64,000 nucleotides of DNA from Takakia lepidozioides. Lineage: Eukaryota > Plantae > Bryophyta. The position numbers were made by a program, and so were the translations under genes. The stretch is taken from positions 66,774,001-66,838,000 of the forward strand of contig CM060733.1 of the NCBI GenBank assembly GCA_030704615.1, given 5' to 3'. Of this stretch, positions 1 through 13,034 are shown piece after piece (position 1 is the stretch's first letter; each line of letters begins with the position of its first letter). Under the pieces are notes generated by a model, which was not told the origin of the DNA, searched no databases, and worked only from the letters and a program-made list of their open reading frames with translations.

Positions 1-476
1 ACGATTACCGCCACGGGAGTGAGCTTTCTGATCGCAGTATTTCGCAGGCCTCCTCCTTGTCCGAGGGTGTTGTACATCCTAGTGTAAGCGTACAAGGCAA
101 GTTAAAGCAAATTGATGAGTGCATTTTTGCAGAGTGCAAGAGACCCAACTCGTACGTCTCTTTCGTCATAAAGATGCTGGTGGTCCGGCTCCACAGATGC
201 GGTGTGTCAACAGGACATGGCGGATGACGTCCTCATACGTAGTGTACACATCTTGACATCTTGGTCGCAAGGCTAAAACTAAAATCAGATCCGGGTAGCT
301 GCCAGCGTTTTATGTACTATAGAAGATTGTTCCATGCATGCCCGCCCTGGGCGCCCTCATGGGAGGGCGCGCCTGGCATAATCTGCCCTAGGTGGCCCAC
401 GCCCTCCCTAATGTAAAAACTAAAAACCTATAGGATTTTTCCCTTTGTATTTGCAGGGACCTTATCTGACAGAATA

Positions 477-1470
477 GCTTCTCATTGTTGAATAGCTTCT
501 CATTGTTGAATAATTGGGAGTTTAAGGCTCACCTGTGCGCCAGGCAGCGGGCCCCACGCATGGACCCTTGCTGCGGGAGACCCCGCAGCTGCGCGTCAGG
601 CGGGGTCTGCTGGCCCCTGACCCTGAGGGTTTGCTCAGGTAGAATCCACCCTCCTCCTACACATCTGGGCACATTGAACGTTATATGCCCTAGTTACAGG
701 GCGACTATAATTTTTGCAGGGATGGTGGTTGGAACACGGTTGGGACGGTACTACGAGACATGGCAGAGATAGCCTGGGGCAGGCCCGCCGCTAGATCACA
801 ATCTGGGCGCGTTGACCGAGGACATCATATCGCATTAACTTCCAAATAACTCACAAGTTTAATGTAGCGTGGTTGGTGGGGTCCAGTATAATTGGAAAAA
901 GTGTCGGGCAGGAGGCAGGATTAAGGCGGGGCTGGCAGCAAATCTGCCGGGCTGAGCCAACCATGGAGCACTTTTTTGGACCCCGCGCCGGTAGATTGCC
1001 GTTTTGGGGCAAGTACCGTGGCACCATAGAGATGCTCTAAACAATAAAAAAAACAGGTGGGGTAGTAGCAAACAGCGGTTAGTGTGGTGGTTGGGCGCTT
1101 CGGATGGTGTCCATGAGGTTGCGGGTTCAAATTTGGCTGGCGCTGTGGTGCATTTAATGATCTACAGTGCATTAATGATGATCTATTTTACGGACGAGTT
1201 TCCCCGGAAAAGTTTCTAAGTCCCGAGAAGGCGGGGCGGTCTGCGGCGGGTTTGCGGCGGTAGCCCTTACCGAGAAGATCCGGACCCGCCATTGGACGCC
1301 AGCAGACCCCGACCCGCCAGTAGACCCAGCAGACCCGGACCCTCGAGCAGACGCGAGCAGACCCACCGGGTGGTCTGGGGCAAAGTCGGGGGCGACCCGA
1401 TGTTCGTGCGTCCGTGCGCTGCCTGGCCCACACGTGAGCCTTAAACTCCCAATTATTCAAAAATGAGAGG
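477..1470. mobile_element. Non-autonomous TIR DNA transposon (MITE, Mutator- or hAT-like), ~1 kb
   Basis: 498-549 (TCTCATTGTTGAATAATTGGGAGTTTAAGGCTCACCTGTGCGCCAGGCAGCG) is a near-perfect inverse of 1417-1468. Flanking direct repeat CAGAATA at 470-476 and 1471-1477 (9 bp with 1 mismatch). 18-bp tandem duplication inside the left terminus. No coding capacity. Confidence 0.75.
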
Positions 1471-1629
1471 CAGAATATCACGTCAACAGCTGGCAGGGGG
1501 TGGTCCCAATATATGGATGTGGCTTGATTTTATTGCAAGCGTGTGAGCTGACGGGTACGGCCTGCGAGGTACAGCCGGGGAACCCCGCTCCGGCAGCCTC
1601 GTCGGCGAGCTGGATGCCCCATGTCAAAT

Positions 1630-3335
1630 CATCCCACACACCCCCCCCCCCCCGACCCCTCTGCCCGTTGCCCCCCTGACCCCCGCCCCACCGCTGGCCA
1701 CACGGCGCCCCACAGCACCGCCCGATCTCCAGCCACGTGGCGGCCCCCTGCTGTGGATCCCCTCACTGGGTTGATCCCCCTTCTAGTGCCGAAGTGATCC
1801 CCCACCCCCATCTCCAGCCACGTGGCGCTACCCCGAACCGTCGATCCCCTCCCCATCCATCCAACCTCAATTAAATGGATGACGGCCGGATGAAGGCCCC
1901 ATGACGCGCCCATCGCCACGTGGTGCTCCCGCCGCCGTCGATCCCCTCCTCCCATCCACGGCGCGCTCCCCCGAGACGTCGCTGCTCCCCCCGACGCGCC
2001 TTGATCCCGGACCGGGAGTGATCCCCCAACCCTAATTGCCCGCCACGTGCGGCTCCCCCGGACGTCGATCCCCTGCGCATCCATCCAACCTCACAAACAA
2101 TGGATGTTGTGTGTCATCCGCCCCTCATCCCCCCGCCATCCTCCCGCGCAAGGGATGGACGACGCCGGATGAAGGCCCGATGACACTGACAGGCCACGTG
2201 CCGCTCCCCCCGCCGTCGATCCCCTCTTCCCATCGACGGCCCGATCCCCCGACACATTGCCGCCCCCGCCCCCCCCTCCCCCCCCCCCCCCCTCTCCGTT
2301 GATCCCCCGTCCAATGCGGTGACTGATCCCCCTCCACCCATCAGAGTCCGGACGGCACGTGGCGCTCCCCCCTCCGCCGATCCCCTCTTCCCATCCACGG
2401 CGCGATCCCCCGACACGTCGCCGCTCCCCCCGACCCGGCTTGATCCCCACTCCGGACCGGCAGTGATCCCCTACCCCTAATCGCCCGCCACGTGCTGCTC
2501 CCCAAATTGTCGATCCCCTGCTCATCCATCCAACTTCAAAACAATGGATGTTCTGGGTCATCCGCCCCTCATCCCCCTGCCATCCTCCCGTGTAGTGGAT
2601 GGACGACGGCCGGATGAAGGCCCCATGGCATGCCCACCGCCACGTGGTGCTCCTCCCACCGTCGATCCCCTCATCCCATCGGAGGCGCGATCCCCCGCAA
2701 CTGGGTTGATCCCCCGTCCAGGGCGGGAGTGATCCCCCACTCCCAATCGTGCGCCACGTGGTTCTCCTCGAACCGTTGATCCCCTGTGCATCAATCTTAC
2801 TTGCAACCAGTGCCGTTCACAGTGACACGCCGCCACGTCGCAATCCCCTCCGCCGTCGATCCCTCCAACGGTTAGAGGCCTGATCCCCCGAGCCCAAGCG
2901 CGGTCCCCCGGGCCTTCGACCATGGACGGCGCAATCCCCGCGCTGTCGCTCCCCCCGCCTCGATTGATCCCCTCCTCCAATTCGGGGATTGATCCCCCTC
3001 CCCACATTTTCCGCCACGTGCTGCTCCACGGTGCCCTCCATGACACGTGATCCCCTCCTCCACGTCGCGGTCCCCTCGTCGTCGATCCCCCCCTCGCCGC
3101 GCCGTCCATCCCCCTCGACCGCATGTCGGCACCCCCAATGTCGATCCGTTCCCGATCCCCTGCTCCCCCCAGGGACTCATCCCCCTTGGCCCTCTTCAAC
3201 GTGATGTAGCCGTCCCCCCGCCGTCCGATAGTTTTGCGCGATGGTCCACTGCGTGGCGCTCCCCCGGTCGTCCATCCCCCTCCCTGGTCTTGCCGCCGAT
3301 CTCCTGCTTTGATCCCCCTTCGACCGATCCCCCAA
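1630..3335. repeat. Degenerate GC-rich tandem/subterminal-type repeat array (GATCCCC and CCACGTG motifs)
   Basis: Dozens of GATCCCC and many CCACGTG motifs in recurring higher-order blocks. Continues briefly (4066-4110) on the far side of the inserted solo LTR. Confidence 0.75.
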
Positions 3336-4060
3336 TGTCGCGCATCTCACTTCGGTAAGCTCCCCTTCAAGTCATAGTTACTCGCTTCGATGCGCGCGCC
3401 TAACTCCCAACCTGGCCGCCGGGCCAACTCGGAGCTTCGGCTGCTCACCGGGACATAACAGTCCCCCTTTACTCTTCCCAGAAACCCTCCACCAATTTGG
3501 GCCTAGTGGAAATTCCCTTTGGTGGATGGCAGTTCGGAATAGCTCCCCACTCCTTGGTTGCTTTCCGGCTCGCTCGCTTACTCACTAGTTTTTGGACACC
3601 AACGGGCTTGCACCGTTCTTGGGGTTACTACTCCCTATATATACTTCTGTGACTGTCCGCAGGGGTTTCACAAACAACCATGCCATTTTATAGCAAACCC
3701 CCACGAAAACCCTCGACTCCCGGTGATGAGTGCGGTGAGTCTTGGCCCACCCACCACGGTCCCATTGGACCGTGATGAGTCCCAAGACTCCCCACGACTC
3801 CCACCACAAGGTCTCCGCCCCCATGGTGAGTCCTATTTCACCCCCACTAAGTCCCACTAAGCTACCACCACCCCTCGTGGAACCACCCCCACCGCACCCC
3901 GATGTGCAGGGCTCCACCTAGTGAGCGCCTCCGCCACCTTGAGTGCCTTGGGCACTCAAGGGTGCTTCAGCCCCCGCATCTATTGTCGCCACTGCCCCCA
4001 CCACAGGGGCAGCCCCTCTCGTGTCCCGACCCCCTGCCCTCAAGGCAAAGGCCCGCGACA
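3336..4060. mobile_element. Solo LTR, family A, copy 1
   Basis: TGTCGCG...CGCGACA termini; 5-bp TSD CCCAA (3331-3335, 4061-4065); closely similar to 11464-12188 and 36671-37396. Confidence 0.93.
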
Positions 4061-4605
4061 CCCAATCCCTTCCATTTCCAACGGTGGGTATCGCACCACG
4101 TGGACCTACATGTGTTGTTCACTTTGTCGTGGAGGTAGGGTTCTCCATCTAGATTGAGCGAGGGTTTCCAGCTGTCGTGCTTGTTCGTGCCCCTGCTTCG
4201 ATGGGCTTGGGATGACCTGCCAGGGCCTCAATCGTGTGCGCTCTACGGCGTTTGTGATTCTGTTGCGACTCACGTCTTGCATACAATGCGTACAGGGGGT
4301 TTTCTTCTTCTCTTCTTGTTCTTCTTGTTCTTCTTTTGTTGTTCTTTCTTGTTTGCCTCTTTTTTGTTTGTTGTTTGTTGTTTTGAAAGCTGACAGGATT
4401 GGCGTAGGCTGCATCAAATCCCATGTGCAGGGGGATGAGGATCTGTAACTATAGTATCTTTCGCATATTAAACTTCAGCCTCAACTTCATGTTTGTTTTT
4501 TCATACTACTTACCTTACTAAATTTAAATGTGAACATCTGTGTGTTGCAAAATCTAACATGGTTGGGTATCGAGCAGCTGAATATGATTGATGGAGGTTG
4601 GAGAG

Positions 4606-4679
4606 TCACTGCCCCCACCACAGGGGCAAGCCCTCTTGTGTCCCGACCCCCCATGCCCTCAAGGCAAAGGGCCGCGACA
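4606..4679. mobile_element. Truncated family-A LTR (right end only)
   Basis: Matches the last ~75 bp of the solo LTR, ending GGCCGCGACA. Confidence 0.85.
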
Positions 4680-5322
4680 ACATGGCTGTCCCCAGGAAAT
4701 TCTAACGGATCAGGGCACATAATTTTGTAATCAACTTATGCAGATTGTGTGCTTCAGTTTGGGTGTGAAACATTGCATGACAGCACCCTATCATCCTCAA
4801 TGTAACGGCTTGACTGGAAGGTTTAATCATACCATGTATGCTATGCTCGAGAAGACGGGGTCACTCTTGGGTGATTGGGACACTACTTTACCCACTTTGA
4901 TTTTTACTTATTGGACTTCTGTGCATTCTACCACCAGGTATTCTCCTTTTGAGCAGCACTTTATGGATGCAATGCTTGCCAAAAGGGTTCAGTTTGAAAA
5001 TAAGGCCCGAGACTAACATTGCTTGGGCGCAGGCTATGCAGGCTCGCAACTACAACAGGAAAGTTCACTATTCAGAAGAGTTCTTGGTGGGCCAAACTGT
5101 GTGTGTCCGTCTGCTCTTGGGAAAATTGTTTCCAAATCTGCGAAGCGCATTGAGGGACCTTATCTCATCACTGAAAAGCTTCGTGGCAGGAAATTCATGT
5201 TGCTTCCTCAACATCATTCCGCGCCGCACATAAATCACTCAGTGCATGTGGACTCCCTAGTTCACAGCAGATTGGTCTTCGATCTTACCTGCTTGAATGT
5301 TGAAGGCAGGTTGACAGTCTAA
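4680..5322 (+). pseudogene. Ty3/Gypsy integrase fragment
   Basis: HGCPQEILTDQGT, TAPYHPQCNGLTGRFN, YWTSVHSTTRYSPF, GPY module (RIEGPYLITEK). Stops and frameshifts. Confidence 0.85.
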
Positions 5323-5379
5323 CCTTTTATGTATGTTTTGAGTGCAGGGATTGAGGCTGGAGTGTTCCAGCCATGTGTG

Positions 5380-5490
5380 TTTTTCTGGTGGTCCAAGCTA
5401 TGGCCATCTCTTGTGTGCTTTTGGTGGTCCAAGCTGTGGCCATCTCTGGTATGTTTTTGGTGGTCCTAGCCATGGCCATCTCTAGTGTTG
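5380..5490. repeat. 36-bp tandem repeat x3
   Basis: GGTGGTCCAAGCTATGGCCATCTC... units downstream of the integrase fragment. Confidence 0.8.
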
Positions 5491-6802
5491 TGTGCCAATA
5501 ATGGTATGCTTCAGACCAGCGACATCTGGTGTTAGAGGAGGTGGAACACATTAGCACAAGCTTTACCTTCGTGTTAGTTTCTGCATCACTGTTGTAATGT
5601 AATTGGGGTTTTTCCCCAGCGAATTGTCCTTAGCCCACTTTGCAGGTGCAAGGTTTTCTCGCTGAGGGTTTTTCAATCCCTCTCACGCCGGATGCTAGTA
5701 TTAGGCTTGGTATGATTTCATAGCTTCTGCAGTTAGTTATTTCTGTTAGCTCACGGAGTTCGCTTTCTTGGTGGGGGCAAGCTTCACATATGTGGGGCTC
5801 TAGATTCCATGGCTTTGCATATGCTCTTCTATCAGAGCCTTAGATGAAAAGCTAAGGTAGTTGGACATTTAATGACAACATAGACTATATTTGGCTAAAT
5901 GATTGACGTGCTAAACAATCATGAGATAAGCTAGCTTGGAAGCTGAGTTGGCCCATGTGAGGTCTTGTAATCTGCATATCCAATAAGAGCACTGCATCTG
6001 GATCTCCAGATTAGTCTCTCAGGGTTATTTAAATGAAGCAAGCATTAGGCTAAGGAGGATGTTTTGTGTGCACAAAAAGGCCTACGGGATGTGTTGAACT
6101 GTGCTGGATGAAGTTTGATTGATGCCAGGCAAGAGTGTGTGATTGGCCTTTGCTTCTGCGTGCTCTGCGATAGATCCTCTCCTGTCAGCTTAGCAAAGTT
6201 CTAGAGCTTACATTCCCTTGTGATTGAAATAGCCCGTAGAGGATAAGAGCATATCCATACGTCGGGAGTTTCAGCTTCACATGGTACTCTTACCTGGCCG
6301 GCCTAAGTTATTCAGCTCCACAATGAGCCTCTAAAACAGCAGAATCAGACAAGGGTGCTCTTAAACAAGGTAAATCGAATGCTTAGAGGCATGGAGAAGC
6401 TCAAGTCTCTCCCCACATGATGACAAAGCAAGTCCATCCATGTGCCTAAGTATTGCCAAATCTTCTGTGCAAATATCTAAACTTGTGCTCCCAGAGGCAT
6501 CTCTCCTATTTTTGTAGGACACTGCTTTCACCTCCAAAGCTCATTTGTCTTGGTGAAGTGTCAAGTGGATTTCCCTCATGACTGAGAGCTCTGAAGTTTT
6601 CTTCCTTGTTGGCCCAAAAGCCGCAGAGAATGTACTTGGTAGACTTCCCTTGCATATGGGGTTAAGGTGTACGATTGAGTCCCTAACCCTCCTTGAGCCG
6701 GTCGTATTAGGGTTCTGGGACCCCACCCCTGCAGTGGCACTCCAGCCATTTTTAACATGAGAGGAGGATGCCGTAGCCTTGTGGCCAGGAAACAGAAAGG
6801 TG

Positions 6803-6848
6803 GCCGAGCAATCCCCTGGGCGAGCAATCCCCTGGGCGAGCAATCCCT
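6803..6848. repeat. 17-bp tandem repeat, ~3 copies
   Basis: (GGCGAGCAATCCCCTG) units seen directly. Confidence 0.8.
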
Positions 6849-8010
6849 AGTTATACTTCACAAATTGAGAGGGAGAGAAGGCCCTGCGAATGTTCATATG
6901 ACAAACCCTTTAGGGCTGCATCCCTGCGATATGCCCAAGTCCAACTCAGAGGGAATTGCTGTACTTCTCAAGCAGACCCAAAGGACAAACCAAATGAAGT
7001 TCATAAGGCCAACGCCATTGATAAATACAGGAGACTGGATCCTGGCAATGTCTTCATATGAAGAGCATAAGATTTAATCTCCTCTGTCCCCTCCAACTTG
7101 CAAAAGTGTGACAAGTGGCTGTGATTGCGCTGCCACACACTGTTGATGTAAAAGGGCAGACTGACAGATAATGAGTGGGTTAACACATCTATGTGCAAAA
7201 CAAGAGGGTTTGGAATAGTCCAACCACTTGCATTCCATACGGATCTAACACCTGCAAAGACAGGAAAGGGAACTCGAAACCCAAACTTCTACAGTCAATG
7301 TTGTCAAGACAAAATCAAGCTCAGCTTCCCACGTACGCAATCTGGGGGCAGAGTCATGACTGCAGGAATGCCAAGAACTGTCAAAGAAGGATCAGTCAGA
7401 AGAGTCATTGCACAGTTCTGCCTGTAGCATGTGTCAAATTCTTGAAAGGGGGAACCAACGAGCAATGTCACATTAAGGAGGACACTGCCTCGGCAGGAGG
7501 GAAAGGCAACATTTCTAGAGTGGGACATAATCATACTGAGACACAGGAAGGTCCTTTATAAATCTAAAAAATGGGTCATCAGTTTTGAAGGCAGTCAGGC
7601 AGCATTCAAGTTATCCAAACTTTCAAACATGCCCTGTACTACATACGAAGACAACACTTACAGACTTGCTCCTTGGATCATACCAAGGCAAATAACAAAA
7701 TTGTGCTGCAGACAGACCTTCCTCAGCTTCAGGCACAAACAAATCCTTGATCCAGGACTTAGCACACATGACCACATTTCCTTACATGCAAGTTTACAGA
7801 CACGAGTTTGACAAAACCTACAAGACATCTGTAACTAGAATCACTGAAAACGGTGAACATATTGAATACACTCTGAGCACAATGGGTGCTCGGACTTCCC
7901 TGTGGCGACTGCCTGGGAGATTTGCTGCAAAGCCTTCACTCGCATTAAGTTATTCGACTTAACTCTAGCTAGTGATGAGGCCATCAAGGTGGCCATAATT
8001 ACACCTCATG

Positions 8011-9183
8011 TTAAAATGTAGCACTCCACACAGCACCCTCCCCTTCTCCACATCGTTGATGCACATCTTTTATCCTTTCTACAGACTTGCAAATGCCACT
8101 ACAAGTCCAATCAAATGACGCGACACACACATTGCCTGCTTGTGCCTTCCACTCACAATCTGGTGGAGTGCCGCAGCACATACTTCGGTCGTCAATATGG
8201 TCCACATCCAAGCCAATGATCCATGCCCCCAGCGAAACATCTTCATTGGCATACCTATGTAACAATGGTTGATTGATGGAAATGTAGGTTGCCAGGTCCT
8301 TGGAAATGGCATAAATTTGTCCCGTAGCATGTCTGAAGTACTTATTTCCCTCTTCACCAAACTTCCAATACTCAGGTTCATGGTATTTCACCCCTTTCTG
8401 AGCAAGGACAGGGCCTGACTTCATGCACCCTATGTAGACGCGCGGCTTTGATCGATGTCTGGCCAGAGTTGTTCCGAGCATTCCGAGGTTTACATGAACA
8501 TCGTCATCGACTTTGACATAGAAATCAGCATCCCACTTGGACACGGCTGTTGCAAAATAAATCTTGGTCTTCATAGAGAGTTCATGGTAACCCTCTACAT
8601 GGTCTAGCCTCATGAAATCTGAGTGTTGTGCATCTTCTGCTTCAATTGCACGATCCAAAATGCCCCCGGGTGTAGCACTGTGACCAATCACAAATCTGAC
8701 GACGATACCCTTCTCCTGTTCCAACTGCTTGAGCTTATCTCCCTGTGGCATCCATGTTTCACGCACGGAGTCTCGCCTCTTTCGACTGCTAAATGCGGTG
8801 TTGATTCCCACAACCACGAACGCTTTCTGCCGTCCTTCTGAGGGCTCCCCAGCCGACTTATCCAAGACTGGAGATCCTGTGATGCTGCTGGAGGTTTGCG
8901 CAGCTCGAGCGGCTGCTAGCTCCATCTCTAGAGATGAGATTGTTTTATCCAGTGTTTGGATCACCTGGTGCGTTCTGGAAACTTCCTCCAAGATGTCCTT
9001 TTGAGTCGCCTCCGCAGTGCTGCCGGACTTCGGTTTGGAGTTACAGTCTTGTCTCATGACATCGTTTATGTCACTGCCGCGCCACATCCTATTGGTGAAA
9101 ACCATTCCCACGCAAAAACATGCAAGGCAGAGTAGCAGAATCCCTTTCCATGACAGGTTGGCTCCTCCCGCCCTGACTCGCAT
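8011..9183 (-). CDS. B3GALT: Beta-1,3-galactosyltransferase, GT31 family (DUF4094 + Galactosyl_T), type II Golgi membrane protein; intronless CDS
   Basis: 390-aa intact ORF with an N-terminal TM anchor, coiled stem [42 protein letters not shown] motif [39 protein letters not shown] and [15 protein letters not shown]. Confidence 0.96.
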   Translation of the reverse strand: MRVRAGGANLSWKGILLLCLACFCVGMVFTNRMWRGSDINDVMRQDCNSKPKSGSTAEATQKDILEEVSRTHQVIQTLDKTISSLEMELAAARAAQTSSSITGSPVLDKSAGEPSEGRQKAFVVVGINTAFSSRKRRDSVRETWMPQGDKLKQLEQEKGIVVRFVIGHSATPGGILDRAIEAEDAQHSDFMRLDHVEGYHELSMKTKIYFATAVSKWDADFYVKVDDDVHVNLGMLGTTLARHRSKPRVYIGCMKSGPVLAQKGVKYHEPEYWKFGEEGNKYFRHATGQIYAISKDLATYISINQPLLHRYANEDVSLGAWIIGLDVDHIDDRSMCCGTPPDCEWKAQAGNVCVASFDWTCSGICKSVERIKDVHQRCGEGEGAVWSATF

Positions 9184-9684
9184 TTTCGCCTACCTGTCTC
9201 TAAAGCCCTCCTTATGCAACCACAGCCTTGCCCTTCTCTCGCTTCGAAGACTGTCAAGTCCAGCAAAGGTATGGCCTTTGTGGCAACCACGAATGACCGC
9301 AAAGATTGTGTTGCGTCCAACGTTTCTACGCTCAACTGTTACAGTGCCACAAATCAAGATGAGCAACAAATCCGATCAACTCACACGAATCCTTCTTACT
9401 ACATGCACACCTTCCCACCAGAGGGTCAGAGATGCCCCTTTCCTTGTTCACAAGGACGCGAGCCTAACCCTACCAAAGAGTGTGCAAACGGGATCGCTCC
9501 TCAGGTCTCAGATCTGACCTATATCCTCCGATTGTAACAACTCAACCAACAAACACAGGATTGCTTCCAGCCCGCAGGTCACGCCCAGTGAACTAGTGTC
9601 ACCACCCCGCCCGCCTCGCACCCCGCCATCAACACTTCTTCAATGGCAGGGAGTGTCCATTTCCAAGCCAAACATGACCTGTTC

Positions 9685-9787
9685 AGAGAGAGAGAGAAGA
9701 TATATATATATATATATATATGTATATTGTTTTGATTATATATATATATATATATATATATGTGTATTTTTTTTTGAGAGAGAGAGC
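9685..9787. repeat. Compound (GA)n/(TA)n microsatellite, probably in a 5'-UTR intron of the galactosyltransferase
   Basis: Dinucleotide runs. The minus strand reads CTCTCTCTCTGAACAG|G, a pyrimidine tract plus acceptor at ~9678. The intron is inferred. Confidence 0.7.
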
Positions 9788-10442
9788 TGCTGAAGGAAAG
9801 TTAAGATGCACTGCGATCTTTATACCACCTATCCCAAGTCCTTATTCCTTGAGATCAAACCTTCAAATCATCCAACCTCACATCATCCAACGCTTCTTCT
9901 CTAGATCGAGGCAGGAAGGAAGGAGGCAGGAAGGAAGGAGAACCTTGCTGCGGACCAGGGGGGTAGATTGATCTGGATACCCTAAACACCACGAAATCCC
10001 AACCCAAACGAAGGAACAAGCTCGAGAGCTCAACTGAGGACATAAAGTCTTAAACAGAACTTTCCCCTCAGTAACTGCTCGCTGGCATCCTCCGACATGC
10101 GCTCTCCAGAATGCTCCCCCTCGCTTCATCCTTTCTCTCTTTTTATGCCTTCCACGTGCCGTCCCTCCATTCCCTTACTGCTGATTTGATTATTGAAGTT
10201 GATGTGGTACCATGCTACGGGCTCAAAAGAATCCTAGGATATAATTAGGGAGTTGATGTTTGAAGGTTAGGAATAGACCATGCTACTGTAAATATCTTAT
10301 TGTGACTTTTATTACTCTTCTTCCATAATTTTATAAGAATATCGATCCGTCCTATTATAGGTCCCATGTATGTGTTGAAACCATTCAGTGAGGACGAGAG
10401 TTTTTTTTTTCATTTATTTTTATTTTATTTTGTAAAATAATT

Positions 10443-10470
10443 CTAGCGACGACCGAAGGTCGGACGCTAG
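10443..10470. other. GAA-loop hairpin bounded by CTAG; possible Helitron/Helentron-type terminus
   Basis: CTAGCG-ACGACC-GAA-GGTCGGA-CGCTAG followed by T, next to a T-rich tract. Confidence 0.35.
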
Positions 10471-11039
10471 TTTAGCGTAGAGCAGATATAGGGTGCAATA
10501 GTGCCTCATCATCATCACCACATCGTCGTCGCCATGTCATCGTAGCCATGTCATCGTCGTCGTAAAAAATTTATATCTGCCCGGACTTCCCAAAAGTAAT
10601 TGTCTTGCAACGCGGGGAAGGGATGCCCCCGCGTGCTCGAGCGCGGAGGGGTTTCACACACCGATCGCAGGTGATATTCTTCCTGATGTTTACAAGGTTC
10701 TTGGGAGATTCACCTTGGTCTTAACATGCCATGTTTCAATCTCTGCATGCTCAGCTGCACCATGGTGATTCTCACAGACCAATCCGACATTACCTGACTA
10801 CAGACACAAGCAGCACACACAAGAGGTCATTTTGGGTTGATGGTCGGTCAAATCCTCCATGGGTCATGACACAAGGTCAAGGACAATGCGGTGAGGGCAC
10901 CTTCTTCTTCGACCTATTTCAGCCTGTTTTGCCCTCTCATCAACCTCGGTCCTGATATGCATATTGAATTCTGTAAGTTAGTTCGTTGGGTGGATCTCTG
11001 GTGGTTTGGAGTGTCTTTGACAAGTTACTGCCACTGTGG

Positions 11040-11140
11040 CAGCAGGAAAGTATCCAAAACAGATAACAGAGATGAGAAGAAGCTTTGGAATGAACACTTT
11101 TCCAGCCTCAGTCAATGGTAGGACAATGGAGACAAAAAGG
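11040..11140 (+). pseudogene. OSB/PDF-motif-like exon remnant, copy 1
   Basis: DEKKLWNEHFSSLSQW*DNGDKK followed by a GT donor; paralogous to 13035-13129. Confidence 0.5.
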
Positions 11141-11463
11141 TGAATTATGTCTGTTGGACTACAGAGAGAAGCAGATGCAATTCAGAATTGGAACTACTGT
11201 AATAAGTAGGGTTGGGGTGTTTGCTGGAAGAACTTGACGCCGTCAGTGTCAGCTGCTAGCATCAAGTATTCATGATTTGTACATAGGCAGGGATAGCTGA
11301 AGGACCAGGGATAGATGTCCAGATTCATCCAAGAGGGCCGGATTTCAGACACAAGATTACTTCTGATTCCCTGTGGATCAATAGCTACAAGAAATCTGCC
11401 TGGGTATATGGCTTTGCAGCAGCACAATTGATAGAACAAGGCACTGTTAATGAAGGCATTTTT

Positions 11464-12188
11464 TGTCGCGCACCTCACTTCGGTAAGCTCCCCTTCACGT
11501 CATAGTTACTCGCTTTGATGCGCGCGCCTAACTCCTAAACTGGCCGCCGGGCCAACTCGGAGCTTCGGCTGCTCACCGGGACATAACGGTCCCCTTTTGC
11601 TCCTCCACAAGACCCTCGCTCACTTTGGGCCTAGTGGAAATTCCCTTTGGTTGTTGGCAGTCTGGAACAGCTCCCCACACCTTGGTCGCTTTCCGGCTCG
11701 CACGCTTACTCACTAGTTTTTGGTCACCAACGGGCTTGCACCGTTCTCGGGGTTACTACTCCCTATATATACTTCTGTGACTGTCCGCGGGGGTTTCACA
11801 AACAACACCGTCTTTTTATGGCGAACCACCACGAAGACCCTCGATTCCCGGTGATGAGTCGCGGTGAGTCTTGGCCCACCCACCACGGCCCCATTGGACC
11901 GTGATGAGTCCCAAGACTCCCCACGACTCCCACCACAAGGTCTCCGCCCCATGGTGAGTCCTATGCCACCCCCACTAAGACCTACAAAGCTACCACCACC
12001 CCTCGTGGAACCACCCCCATCGCAGCCCGGTGTGTGGGGCTCCACCTACTGAGTACCTCCGCCTCCTTGAGTGCCTTGGGCACTCAAGGGTGCTTCAGCC
12101 CCCGTACCTATTGTTGTCACTGCCCCCACCATAGGGGCAGCCCCTCTTGTGTCCCGACCCCCTGCCCTCAAGGCAAATGGCCGCGACA
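11464..12188. mobile_element. Solo LTR, family A, copy 2
   Basis: TGTCGCG...CGCGACA termini; TSD TTTTT on both sides. Confidence 0.93.
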
Positions 12189-12830
12189 TTTTTAATGCAT
12201 GTGCTAGCCTTGGAGCCCTGGAAAACGACAAAGAGGTCCATTCTATCATCATCAAAGTTGGAGTTGCTCCTTACACAAATCTGGTAACTACCCTCATTGA
12301 CATGGATGCCAAATGCGGGAGCATGAATGATGCATTTGACAACATGGTTATACAAAATGTGGTCTCATGGAATGTAGGATGTGCTCAGTATAGGTGTGGT
12401 AGGGAGGCATTCCATCTCTTTGAACAAATGTGACAGGAAGGCTTTAAGCCATATGCTATCACTTTTATATCTCTTCTCTCTCCATGTAGCCTAATGGATG
12501 AAGGCCCTCATTATTTTGATTCCATGGCTTGAAATCATGGCCCGACTCCTACGTTGGAGCATTTTGGCTGCATGGTGGACCTTCTTGGCCGTGCAGGGCG
12601 ATTAGATGAGGCAGAGGAGTTTATAGTAGCAAAATGTCAATCCAACCAGATCCTAGGGTATGGAGGGCCTTGCTTTGGTACTTGCAAACTTCATGGAGAT
12701 GTGGAGGTAGCAGAACATGTGGCAAAAAGCATTGTCAGCAAGCAGCAGCTTGTGTGATGCTATCCACTACTATGCTGAGCCTTGCTGGAGGGATGAACAC
12801 AAATGATGTAAGGACAAATGTCATAAACTT
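12189..12830 (+). pseudogene. PLS/E-class PPR pseudogene fragment
   Basis: NACASLGALE...TTLIDMDAKCGSMNDAFDNM..QNVVSWN; EHFGCMVDLLGRAGRLDEAEEFI; PDPRVWRALL/CKLHGDVEVAEHVA (E domain). Several stops and frameshifts. Confidence 0.88.
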
Positions 12831-13034
12831 GTGAGGGAGCAGCTGCATTGAGGTTGTAACTTGGTTTGTACATTTGGTATGGTAACATGGTTGGGTATTC
12901 AATACATTTCATCCTGTTTTTCCATCTTATCATAATCGGCCCTAAATTTTCATGTTGAATTCTGCAAATTAGCTGGTTGCGTGAACCTTTGATAGTTTGG
13001 AGTGACTGACATAATACTGCCAATGTGACAACAG

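Noticed and set aside
1629-3358. Gly/Arg/Pro-rich ORFs
   Set aside because: By-products of a GC-rich degenerate repeat; no domain signal.
3558-4152. Conserved ORFs repeated at 3.6, 11.7 and 36.9 kb
   Set aside because: They lie inside solo LTRs; conservation reflects LTR identity.
5590-6290. Possible LTR ending CTTCACA followed by PBS-like TGGTAC
   Set aside because: No partner LTR, TSD or full PBS match; too weak to call.
6300-8000. Short ORFs downstream of the GT31 gene
   Set aside because: No domain motifs; probably 3'-UTR, intronic or intergenic sequence.
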